This document shows positions 19,084 to 26,352 of a stretch of DNA of 30,373 nt, one piece after another. Source of the stretch: a virus (taxonomy: Duplodnaviria > Caudoviricetes); IMG/VR virus record IMGVR_UViG_3300036940_000489, positions 1-30,373 of that record, one strand, 5' to 3'. Under the pieces are notes generated by a model that was not told where the DNA came from, searched no databases, and worked only from the letters and a program-made list of their open reading frames with translations. Position 1 is the stretch's first letter; the number at the start of each line of letters is the position of its first letter. The position numbers and the translations under genes were made by a program.

Positions 19084-19139
19084 TTCTAATACTTATTTAA
19101 GCGAACCCAATCACTTAAACCCTTATTAAAGCGGCTTAG

Positions 19140-19484
19140 TTATTCCAGCAAAACATTTTCTATTGTTTCCTTCATTTGCTTAAAGGCAATATTCCAACCA
19201 AACCTTGCCATATACCCGCTTATTGCTGTTCTCAATCTTTCATCAGGGATTGCCTTTACATATTCTTCATCACTCATCGGAAAGATTGATTTTGGATAGG
19301 GATTTTCGGGAAATGACGCATATATTTCATCAAACCACTGACGCCGTTTAATAATTGATGGATCGAACGTCTTGTCCTGTACCGAACCATCAGAGAGTAT
19401 CATCGCCAAATCGTTGATTCCAAATTCTCCGGTCACTTGCTTTATTTCCTTTGCTACTTTCAACAATTCATTCTTGTCTATCAT
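19140..19484 (-). CDS. Hypothetical protein
   Basis: 114 aa, GAGGAG SD. Confidence 0.7.
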   Translation of the reverse strand: MIDKNELLKVAKEIKQVTGEFGINDLAMILSDGSVQDKTFDPSIIKRRQWFDEIYASFPENPYPKSIFPMSDEEYVKAIPDERLRTAISGYMARFGWNIAFKQMKETIENVLLE

Positions 19485-19537
19485 GTTATTGTTCTCCTCT
19501 TGTTACGCCGTCGCTCATCATCGTTAATTATACGACA

Positions 19538-19900
19538 CTACAATAAACCTAGGCTTTCCTCAATCATTTTCAAAGCAATCGTTCTCACGACATCAAACGG
19601 TAAACTCTTAGCTTTACTAAAGACGTTCTTTTTGACCTTTCTCCAGACATTATCATTCTTAATAGAGGCAAGAAATTGATGTCCCTCCCATGTGAGGCGA
19701 TATAGCACAACCGCTCCAAAATGACCGTCGCAAGTTTCGTCAATATCGCCCTTTATCAGTTCGGCTTCCAGAAGTAAACAAACCTGGTATCCCACATTAT
19801 CAGAATCATATCCAGCGATGTCAGGATTAATTATTGGCTCCCCCACATTATCTTCTACCATGATAAGTATTTTCCTGATTAAATCCATATCACACTTCAT
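19538..19900 (-). CDS. DUF2513-like winged-helix protein
   Basis: MK.DMDLIRKIL...LTWEGHQFL..IKNDNVW.KVK signature. Confidence 0.85.
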   Translation of the reverse strand: MKCDMDLIRKILIMVEDNVGEPIINPDIAGYDSDNVGYQVCLLLEAELIKGDIDETCDGHFGAVVLYRLTWEGHQFLASIKNDNVWRKVKKNVFSKAKSLPFDVVRTIALKMIEESLGLL

Positions 19901-20094
19901 ACCGGCAGAACACCCTCCTCGTCATCAGATATCTTTACATAATTATCCAGCAGGTCAACCGCCTCGTCAGTGGTGAGCAGTCCTATACGTGCATAAGCCA
20001 TAATAAAGCCATACCATGCCGCTCTTTGAGCCTCTGTATCACCAGGAAAATCTTCTATAGATTCCCTTATATTATCATACTCTTTTTTACTCAT
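19897..20094 (-). CDS. Small acidic protein, candidate immunity partner of MuF toxin
   Basis: 65 aa, ATGA-coupled to the MuF-like gene; function inferred from position. Confidence 0.55.
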   Translation of the reverse strand: MSKKEYDNIRESIEDFPGDTEAQRAAWYGFIMAYARIGLLTTDEAVDLLDNYVKISDDEEGVLPV

Positions 20095-21431
20095 TGTTTC
20101 ACCTTTATTATTTCGTTGTTATTTATGATCCATAGTTTTTTATTATAGCGCACACACCATATTTTTAGTTCTCTCACTACTCGTTCCAGCGATATATCAT
20201 CACAGGATTGTAAATTTAGTAGATAATCATCTGACTGATAATTCTGTCCTTTCTTTTTATACCGAATCCTGTTTAAAATTGTGCTTTCTTTCATTTTTTG
20301 TGGAGTTTTAACCTCTATCAACCTCTCTTTCCAGATCAAATCCACATCTCCGCCGCGATAGTTTTTCACATCCGCGACAAACTCAACCACATCACCGGTT
20401 ATTTCACATAACTTTTGTCCGGCCGCAAACTCTTCATCATAGATTTTTCTCTCGTTCTTCAGAGCCTTATCACGTTTAAAAGTCCAGTTCGAATGAACAG
20501 CCACAAACCCCGTATCATTGCTTTGAGCATTAAAAAAAAACATTTCACCCGTCTTTTTCATCTCGTCCTGTACTTCCAGCCTTTCTATTGCCTCTTCACT
20601 GGTCACCACCTTGATTATACGGTAGCCTGTATCTATAGTTTTCACACTGTCACCCCGCACAGGCTTTATATCATCATCCCACGCCGGATTTACACCCAGC
20701 AGACTGTGAATACACCGATAGCCCCCCTTAAAGGTCATCACAGGGTCAAGCATACCATTACTCATCATCTCCAGCTGCTTCCTGGAAAAAGTCTTATTGA
20801 TACAGAGCCGGCAAAAATAGCGCGAATGCTCCAAAATCTCACCATAATAATAAAAATAATCAAGCCCGGCGTCTTCAGCAACTTTATTTCGTGCTTCCTG
20901 GGCAATAGCAGAAACAGCCATTTTACTATTTGTATAAGCATGATGTTTCGGCAGCCCGGCTTTTTTCTCCAGGTTTTTCCGTAGTCGCATACTATCAAGC
21001 AGACCCGATTCTATCTCTTTAATCGTTTCCTTAATAATACCCTGCTTCATCGCCTTATTTGCCACGCGAATATTATCAGAAAAAAGTTTTGATATCCGCG
21101 CCACCTCTTTACGTTTCAGAGTTTGCTGATACAGATTATCCAGCCTTGTATTGACACGGTCTTTATAAAAAGCCTGGGTTTTCTGTATATTATCTCTCAC
21201 CAGGTTCATTATCTGTCGCTGCCAGGCCTTTTGATTTTTCACTGCCGAATCGGCCAGGGCCTTATTTACCAGAGATTCAATGTCTTCCGTATTAGTATTA
21301 TCATCTATCATCGATAGTACACCATCCACCACATGCTGAAAATACCTATTTACAGAAGACAGATTATCACACCTGGATAGGATAGCAGCGCACTCTTTTT
21401 CCAGTTTTTCTATATCATTTTTCAGGGACAT
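20091..21431 (-). CDS. MuF-like minor head protein with C-terminal PD-(D/E)xK toxin-like domain
   Basis: YYYG...SRYFC...GGYRCIHSL (MuF Cys/His motif); ~190-aa extension with GGDVDLIW...IEVKTP. Confidence 0.75.
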   Translation of the reverse strand: MSLKNDIEKLEKECAAILSRCDNLSSVNRYFQHVVDGVLSMIDDNTNTEDIESLVNKALADSAVKNQKAWQRQIMNLVRDNIQKTQAFYKDRVNTRLDNLYQQTLKRKEVARISKLFSDNIRVANKAMKQGIIKETIKEIESGLLDSMRLRKNLEKKAGLPKHHAYTNSKMAVSAIAQEARNKVAEDAGLDYFYYYGEILEHSRYFCRLCINKTFSRKQLEMMSNGMLDPVMTFKGGYRCIHSLLGVNPAWDDDIKPVRGDSVKTIDTGYRIIKVVTSEEAIERLEVQDEMKKTGEMFFFNAQSNDTGFVAVHSNWTFKRDKALKNERKIYDEEFAAGQKLCEITGDVVEFVADVKNYRGGDVDLIWKERLIEVKTPQKMKESTILNRIRYKKKGQNYQSDDYLLNLQSCDDISLERVVRELKIWCVRYNKKLWIINNNEIIKVKQ

Positions 21432-21618
21432 CTTTTATCTTTCTATAGTTTTTACCCTCAATCGCCACAATCTCCTCACAGGTACGGAAGGTCTTTCGGC
21501 AGTTTGCATTGTCACACACACGCACACGAATGATAAAATTATTCCAGTTATCAGTTTTCAGTACCCGTGAGCCGCTCCCGCACTCCGGGCATTCGATCCC
21601 CACTCTCTTATCTGCCAT
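21415..21618 (-). CDS. Ogr/Delta-like zinc-finger, probable late transcription activator
   Basis: CPECG...R.RVCDNANCRKTFRT.E. Confidence 0.7.
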   Translation of the reverse strand: MADKRVGIECPECGSGSRVLKTDNWNNFIIRVRVCDNANCRKTFRTCEEIVAIEGKNYRKIKDVPEK

Positions 21619-21620
21619 TA

Positions 21621-22385
21621 TTACTCCTTATCCCCATAGTTAAAACTATCCAGAGCCTTATAAAAAGCCCTCAAAGACCGATCCAGCCGCTCTATTTCAC
21701 CCAGTACAGACGAGACCTCAGCCTCAGCCTCAACCTCAGCCTCAACCTTAACCTCAGCCTCAACCTTAACCTCAGCCTCAGCCTCATAAACATACATTGT
21801 CAGAAACAAGGTTTTTTCATTCTCCGGTAAATCCTTGAGTATCTCATAAATCTTTTGAAATCTACTGCCTACCAATTTCATCCCCCCGTCATTACGAGGC
21901 GTAATCGCCGAAGCAATCCCACACCCCTCTTTAGCAAACTCCCTATACATAGCCTTGCAACACTTTTGCAACAGCATTGCATTTAGAGTTATTATACAGG
22001 TTTGTGCGCTTTTTCTTCCCAGGTTTTTATACCCCTTTTTCACACCATACTTATTATGTACAAACCTGTCAAGTCGCTCTTCCCACTCATTCACATTTCG
22101 GCATACTCTCTGCCAGAGCACCACGATCTTATCTAATTGTTCAGCAGTAGCAACCTCCGAGGTCTGGATAGACCTCCGCGGTTTACTATCTGCATGATTG
22201 TAGCCTTTCGGTTTCACACTTTTCCGAAAAGTTTTGATTAAATCTTCTATCTGTATTACGCTCAGGCCGGACATCGATTCCACCTGAAATACTTCGCTAG
22301 CCAGGTCGCTCAGTTCCTCATGTCCATATCCGGCCTTCAGTGCCACAGCGTGCAACTCACGCATTCTTTTATTGCGCAGTCTCAC
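21621..22385 (-). CDS. GemA/gp16-like (DUF1018) protein with repeat-rich C-terminal extension
   Basis: LHAVALKAG...ESMSGLS...ATAEQLDKIVVLW...LDRFV...AQTCIITLNAM; GGGAG SD, GTG start. Confidence 0.8.
   Translation of the reverse strand: MRLRNKRMRELHAVALKAGYGHEELSDLASEVFQVESMSGLSVIQIEDLIKTFRKSVKPKGYNHADSKPRRSIQTSEVATAEQLDKIVVLWQRVCRNVNEWEERLDRFVHNKYGVKKGYKNLGRKSAQTCIITLNAMLLQKCCKAMYREFAKEGCGIASAITPRNDGGMKLVGSRFQKIYEILKDLPENEKTLFLTMYVYEAEAEVKVEAEVKVEAEVEAEAEVSSVLGEIERLDRSLRAFYKALDSFNYGDKE
21717..21786. repeat. Hexamer tandem repeat x11+, in frame (EAEAEVKVEAEVKVEAEVEAEAE)
   Basis: CTCAGC/CTCAAC/CTTAAC units. Confidence 0.88.
21887..21938. repeat. Palindromic element copy, in frame (GIASAITPRND)
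   Basis: CGTCATTACGAGGCGTAATCGCCGAAGCAATCCCAC; 35/36 identical to 23078-23113. Confidence 0.88.
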
Positions 22386-22398
22386 CTGTCTCCCTCAC

Positions 22399-22428
22399 AT
22401 CCACATTTATCCGCGTTAATCTGCGGCA
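22399..22428. repeat. 10-bp periodic repeat upstream of GemA-like SD
   Basis: ATCCACATTT ATCCGCGTTA ATCTGCGGCA. Confidence 0.8.
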
Positions 22429-22442
22429 GGCATTGTTTTCCA

Positions 22443-22643
22443 CTATCTTTTCTCCTTATATTCACAGATACTGCATTTATAAAGGCTAAAATTATGTCCG
22501 TGACCTTCATACTGCATATCATGGTCACAGATACTCTGAAAATGCCTGATACTGCGATCTATTGTCCTCATGCTTTCTTTCAGTCTGTCTCTCTCCTCCA
22601 TCAGGCCCAGTATTGCAGCCCTGATTTTTGCTTCCTTATTCAT
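22443..22643 (-). CDS. Small coiled-coil/Zn-ribbon protein
   Basis: Start at ATG 22643 (GGAGGG SD); CDH...CSIC C-terminus. Confidence 0.65.
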   Translation of the reverse strand: MNKEAKIRAAILGLMEERDRLKESMRTIDRSIRHFQSICDHDMQYEGHGHNFSLYKCSICEYKEKR

Positions 22644-22902
22644 TACAAATTCCCTCCATAGCCGGTTCTGCAATTATTAACGGCTGACTTGATTGATATT
22701 CATCTTTTGACCAGAACTTCTCTTTAGCAAACAATGTAATCACATCGTCAAAATCAGTACCTGTATAGACTTCAAAAACGCCCCTCTTTTCGACATAAAG
22801 TTTACCTGATTTCCAGTCATCGCGTAATTTTTTCAGATCAAACGAGCGCCTTATCCTTTTATACATAATAACACAACAATTTTTCATCACTTCACTTTCC
22901 AT
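22636..22902 (-). CDS. Hypothetical protein
   Basis: 88 aa, overlaps both neighbours in the operon; start uncertain. Confidence 0.6.
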   Translation of the reverse strand: MESEVMKNCCVIMYKRIRRSFDLKKLRDDWKSGKLYVEKRGVFEVYTGTDFDDVITLFAKEKFWSKDEYQSSQPLIIAEPAMEGICNE

Positions 22903-23588
22903 TTCCCTGATTTGATTTTGCCCAGTCTCATCTTTAGCAGCGCCTTCTCGCCCCGCTCCGCTACAGACATCCGGCTATTATCCATCTTCTCCAGTTCCGC
23001 CAGCCGCGCCTCATCTTTTTCCAGCCACTCCGGTATATTGCTGTCATTGTCCCGATATATCGGGATACCCGCTTTTTCGTCATTGCGAGGCGTAATCGCC
23101 GAAGCAATCCCACCCTCTTTACCAAAACAACCATCACCAAACAACACCTTCCCAACCGCCTTCTCCAGTCCGTTCCGCTCCGCCTTTTCTTTCTCATATT
23201 CCTCCGCCAGTTTTTCCAGCCTGATTCGCTCCCAGCGACACACCTTACTATCTGTTCCCTGAAGAAAGTAGTTGAGCGACTTTATTTGTGGCCTCTCGTT
23301 TATCATATTCTCCATATCCTTCACCAAAAATCCGACACCCAGAGTGTGACAATATCGCGCTATTTCTTTGCGTTGATCCGCGTTAATCCGCGTCAATCCG
23401 CGGCCACCTTTCAACTCATCAAACTTGGAAACCACACGGTTGACAGCATTGTCATATCGCTTCATCAGCGCGTAGCCATCCTTATTCCACTGCTGCTGAG
23501 CGTATTTTTTCACAACACCCCAGTCGTGCCGCTTAATGGCCCACACAATCTTTTCCGGTAGTTTCAGTTTTACTGCTAGTTCCTTCAT
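22887..23588 (-). CDS. Hypothetical early protein carrying several in-frame repeat insertions
   Basis: 233 aa; contains repeat-encoded peptides GLTRINADQR, GIASAITPRND and GIPIYRD. Confidence 0.75.
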   Translation of the reverse strand: MKELAVKLKLPEKIVWAIKRHDWGVVKKYAQQQWNKDGYALMKRYDNAVNRVVSKFDELKGGRGLTRINADQRKEIARYCHTLGVGFLVKDMENMINERPQIKSLNYFLQGTDSKVCRWERIRLEKLAEEYEKEKAERNGLEKAVGKVLFGDGCFGKEGGIASAITPRNDEKAGIPIYRDNDSNIPEWLEKDEARLAELEKMDNSRMSVAERGEKALLKMRLGKIKSGKWKVK

Positions 23589-23621
23589 AGTATTATCTCT
23601 CTGTGTTCTCTGTGGCTGGAA

Positions 23622-24008
23622 TTACTCCTCCACCAACTCTATGTTTTCGTGACGGCCCTTATATTGGCTTTTCAGAGTACGAAAAGAACCAAATGTAGGC
23701 ACAATGAATTCCATTTTATCTAAAAGACCCATTCTCTTAGCCTTTCGTTTACCAAGAGATTTAATTATTCTCTTGTGGTGTGAGTAGAGATTCGTTGACT
23801 TTTTACAATAATACTTCTCTGCAATTCCACAATCTCCATCTTCAGTAAACCATTCGCCTTTAATCTCACCATTGACAAAAATAGTATAGACCAATTTCAA
23901 TTTGTGGCGACCCAATTTAATAGTAATCACATCGTCACCAATCTTGATTTTTCCACTACCACCTTTATTGACGAATTCTTCTAACTTTTTCCAATCTTCA
24001 TTTGTCAT
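23622..24008 (-). CDS. Hypothetical early protein
   Basis: 128 aa, AAGGAGGT SD. Confidence 0.8.
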   Translation of the reverse strand: MTNEDWKKLEEFVNKGGSGKIKIGDDVITIKLGRHKLKLVYTIFVNGEIKGEWFTEDGDCGIAEKYYCKKSTNLYSHHKRIIKSLGKRKAKRMGLLDKMEFIVPTFGSFRTLKSQYKGRHENIELVEE

Positions 24009-24021
24009 TTTTCACCTCCTT

Positions 24022-24100
24022 GCCATGCGTAGTCCCGATTTATCGGGACAAAGCATGGGCTTTCAACTTTTCACTTTCAACTTTTCACTTTAGATCACTT
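24022..24100. repeat. Hairpin element (with nested GTCCCGATTTATCGGGAC palindrome) plus heptamer repeats
   Basis: Related copies at 25298-25334, 26304-26354 and 28156-28184. Confidence 0.85.
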
Positions 24101-24105
24101 CTTAG

Positions 24106-24158
24106 AACCGGTGGCGGGATTCGAACCCGCTTGTCATACCCACGCTGTATCACCGGTT
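24106..24158 (-). ncRNA. tRNA-like mini-RNA (acceptor stem, T arm, one short hairpin)
   Basis: AACCGGTG ATAC AGCGTGG GTAT GACAA GCGGG TTCGAAT CCCGC CACCGGTT; canonical T arm, perfect 8-bp closing stem, no anticodon arm, no encoded CCA. Confidence 0.55.
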
Positions 24159-24177
24159 ATCCAGTCAGTTAAGACAT

Positions 24178-24828
24178 CTATATAAGGGAGGTATTCACAC
24201 CAATAGCCGAAAAATTCACCTCCAGCGGCTCCCAGCCCCTGCTTTGGTCTTGATCCGGTTTGTACCAGAAGCGGTAATACACACGGGAACCCACGATGAT
24301 GATACTGTCAGCGATCAAATCCATAGCCTCCCGCCATGGCTCATCATCAAACTTATGCCGCCGTAATCCCAATAATTTTCGAGCATTCACATTACCCTTT
24401 TTATCAGTCTTAAAGGCGTCATCAACGATGGTTTTTAGTTTATGGGCGCCGGTCTTACTACCCTTGCTCCACATGCTGAAACACTCGCCGATTTTCTGAC
24501 GGGCCACCTGTAGTTTCTCATCGAAATCAACCCGCTCATTCACATTGATTTCTATCTTCAGAGTGTGCGAAAAATCATAGATCGTAGCATTACCCTTCCA
24601 CTCCTCGTTATATTTCTCAGCCACCCGTTCTAAGTAGCTATCAATTATCTTAGCAATCTCCGCCTTTTCCTTTTTTGTATTCCGGTGAATGCGAAAAGCC
24701 CGTGTAAACACCATGTTTACAGTTTTATCGCGGTCTCTGTCACCTTTTGATACATAACGGTAAGGCACCATCAACCCCTGAGGGTCGAGATAACACCTTA
24801 CACCATCTACATTATCACTTACAGCCAT
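24178..24828 (-). CDS. DUF3164 family protein
   Basis: DPQG.MVP, KGN.T.YDF, FDEKLQVA, DAF.TDKKGNVN...LLGLRR, W.EAMD.IADS motifs; start moved to ATG 24828 (AAAGGAAG SD). Confidence 0.88.
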   Translation of the reverse strand: MAVSDNVDGVRCYLDPQGLMVPYRYVSKGDRDRDKTVNMVFTRAFRIHRNTKKEKAEIAKIIDSYLERVAEKYNEEWKGNATIYDFSHTLKIEINVNERVDFDEKLQVARQKIGECFSMWSKGSKTGAHKLKTIVDDAFKTDKKGNVNARKLLGLRRHKFDDEPWREAMDLIADSIIIVGSRVYYRFWYKPDQDQSRGWEPLEVNFSAIGVNTSLI

Positions 24829-24841
24829 AATACTTCCTTTC

Positions 24842-25036
24842 TTATCCGTGTTGATCCGCGTTAATCTGCGGCTCATCTTCTATCATTACATCATTCATAT
24901 TTATCAACTTACGTCCACAATCAGGACAGCGGCCAAAGTAATCGTGTATGCCTTTACAGTTCGGGCACACATAGACACCATACATTCGGCGCATTTCCTC
25001 ATCAGTACGCTCGATATATCTATCTACAGATTCCAT
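24842..25036 (-). CDS. Small Zn-ribbon protein
   Basis: CPNC...CPDC; its C-terminus EPQINADQHG is encoded by the 10-bp periodic repeat at 24844-24873. Confidence 0.65.
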   Translation of the reverse strand: MESVDRYIERTDEEMRRMYGVYVCPNCKGIHDYFGRCPDCGRKLINMNDVMIEDEPQINADQHG

Positions 25037-25282
25037 TTACCCCCCCCCCAGTTCTAATTGTTGAAACACCTGTGGTTTACTTCTGCCAAACCGCCTCTCT
25101 ACACAACCCTTATAGATTCTATATGCCACACCATCAGGATAGTATGGATTAGCCTGATTAGCCAAAATTATCGCCTCCTTCACAGACAAGCCCTCCTTAC
25201 CTTTCAGGGCTTCCCTGATTACGCTGCGGCTATTTTGCTCAATTATCCTTATTTCACTCTCAGATACATAATCAACTTTCAT
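25037..25282 (-). CDS. Hypothetical early protein
   Basis: 81 aa, AAGGAGG SD. Confidence 0.72.
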   Translation of the reverse strand: MKVDYVSESEIRIIEQNSRSVIREALKGKEGLSVKEAIILANQANPYYPDGVAYRIYKGCVERRFGRSKPQVFQQLELGGG

Positions 25283-25389
25283 AATAATTCCTCCTTACCC
25301 TGCGTAGTCCCGATTTATTGGGACGAAGCATGGGTCTTATATTCGTTTTATTCGTTTCATTCTTGGAAAAATTCCGTGGTCAATAATAC

Positions 25390-26289
25390 TCACGCCACAC
25401 TCCCACGCGTCATCATATCAGCGTCTATAATGTCCTTTTCCATTACATCGCCATTAGCCAGAAACCGCGCCATTTTCACCAGATACGCCACCTTACGAAT
25501 AGACACATGACGGCAAAAACCAACCAGTTTCTTAATAGCACCTTTATCATATACACCATACGCCTGGGCAACGCTGACAATATCATTCTTAGGGACTTCA
25601 ATATTGAACCGCCGCTTAATCGGGATTCTATCGTCCACCTCTTCCAGTACATGCCCATATCGCTCATCCACCAGCCGGTCATAGACAGAGTGAGTACCCA
25701 CCAGGATAATGGCGCACCCGGTTTGGTCGTGGACGTGTTTTAGTTCCTGGTAGCTATCATTCACCAGTTTATGAGCCTCATCTATCAGGATAGCCCTGTC
25801 AGCACCTTTTAGTCTGTTGATAATAGCCTGACGTCCGGCTCTTGCAGTACCCCTTAGTTCCTTTCCCGCTACCTTCCAATACAGGTCAGACACGATACCC
25901 TTGATACTCTTACCATCCACACTGGCGGTCACGAGAATCACACCCGGATTAGACTGCTGATAAGCCTCACATGACTTAGTCTTGCCGATACCAGCCGGCC
26001 CCGTGATCAGGCCCATCACCCGCATATTATGCACCAGCCGAATTGTTCTCATCACATTATCCATCACAGAAGTATTAACTATAATATCACTCCACGCGTC
26101 ACCCCGTTCTGACACTCTGGATAGATAAGAGCCTATCTTATTCTCCAGATTATCCAGATTTCCGTTATACTTGCCATTCACATACCGGCTCACAGCCGTA
26201 TCAGATACACCTATGGCCGTGGCTACTGTCACCAGGCTTTTTTCCGCTACCATCTGCCTCACTTCATTTTGATACTTGTAATTTGACAT
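25390..26289 (-). CDS. MuB-like AAA+ transposition ATPase
   Basis: N-terminal HTH (VATAIGVSDTAVSRYVNGKY), Walker A GPAGIGKT, Walker B ILIDEAH; AAGGAGGT SD. Confidence 0.95.
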   Translation of the reverse strand: MSNYKYQNEVRQMVAEKSLVTVATAIGVSDTAVSRYVNGKYNGNLDNLENKIGSYLSRVSERGDAWSDIIVNTSVMDNVMRTIRLVHNMRVMGLITGPAGIGKTKSCEAYQQSNPGVILVTASVDGKSIKGIVSDLYWKVAGKELRGTARAGRQAIINRLKGADRAILIDEAHKLVNDSYQELKHVHDQTGCAIILVGTHSVYDRLVDERYGHVLEEVDDRIPIKRRFNIEVPKNDIVSVAQAYGVYDKGAIKKLVGFCRHVSIRKVAYLVKMARFLANGDVMEKDIIDADMMTRGSVA

Positions 26290-26352
26290 TTTACTACCTC
26301 CTTGCCCTGCGAAGCATGGGCTTTTAACTTTTCACTTTAGATCACTTATCAC

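Noticed and set aside
15696-19137. AGCCGCTT(A/T)A inverted matches as inversion sites of the packaging block
   Set aside because: The match is short and imperfect, and the left copy lies between TerS and TerL rather than at the block edge.
24106-24158. Functional tRNA gene or tRNA-derived att site
   Set aside because: Only 53 nt with no anticodon arm. It includes the matching 5' acceptor strand, has no second copy, and the element has a DDE transposase rather than an integrase.
24829-24876. MSRRLTRINTDKKGSI extension of DUF3164
   Set aside because: It is an alternative-frame reading of the 10-bp repeat; ATG 24828 has the better SD.
25039-25049. C-run (poly-G on the coding strand) as a phase-variation tract
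   Set aside because: It encodes only the last Gly codons and doubles as the next gene's SD region; there is no evidence of a broken frame.
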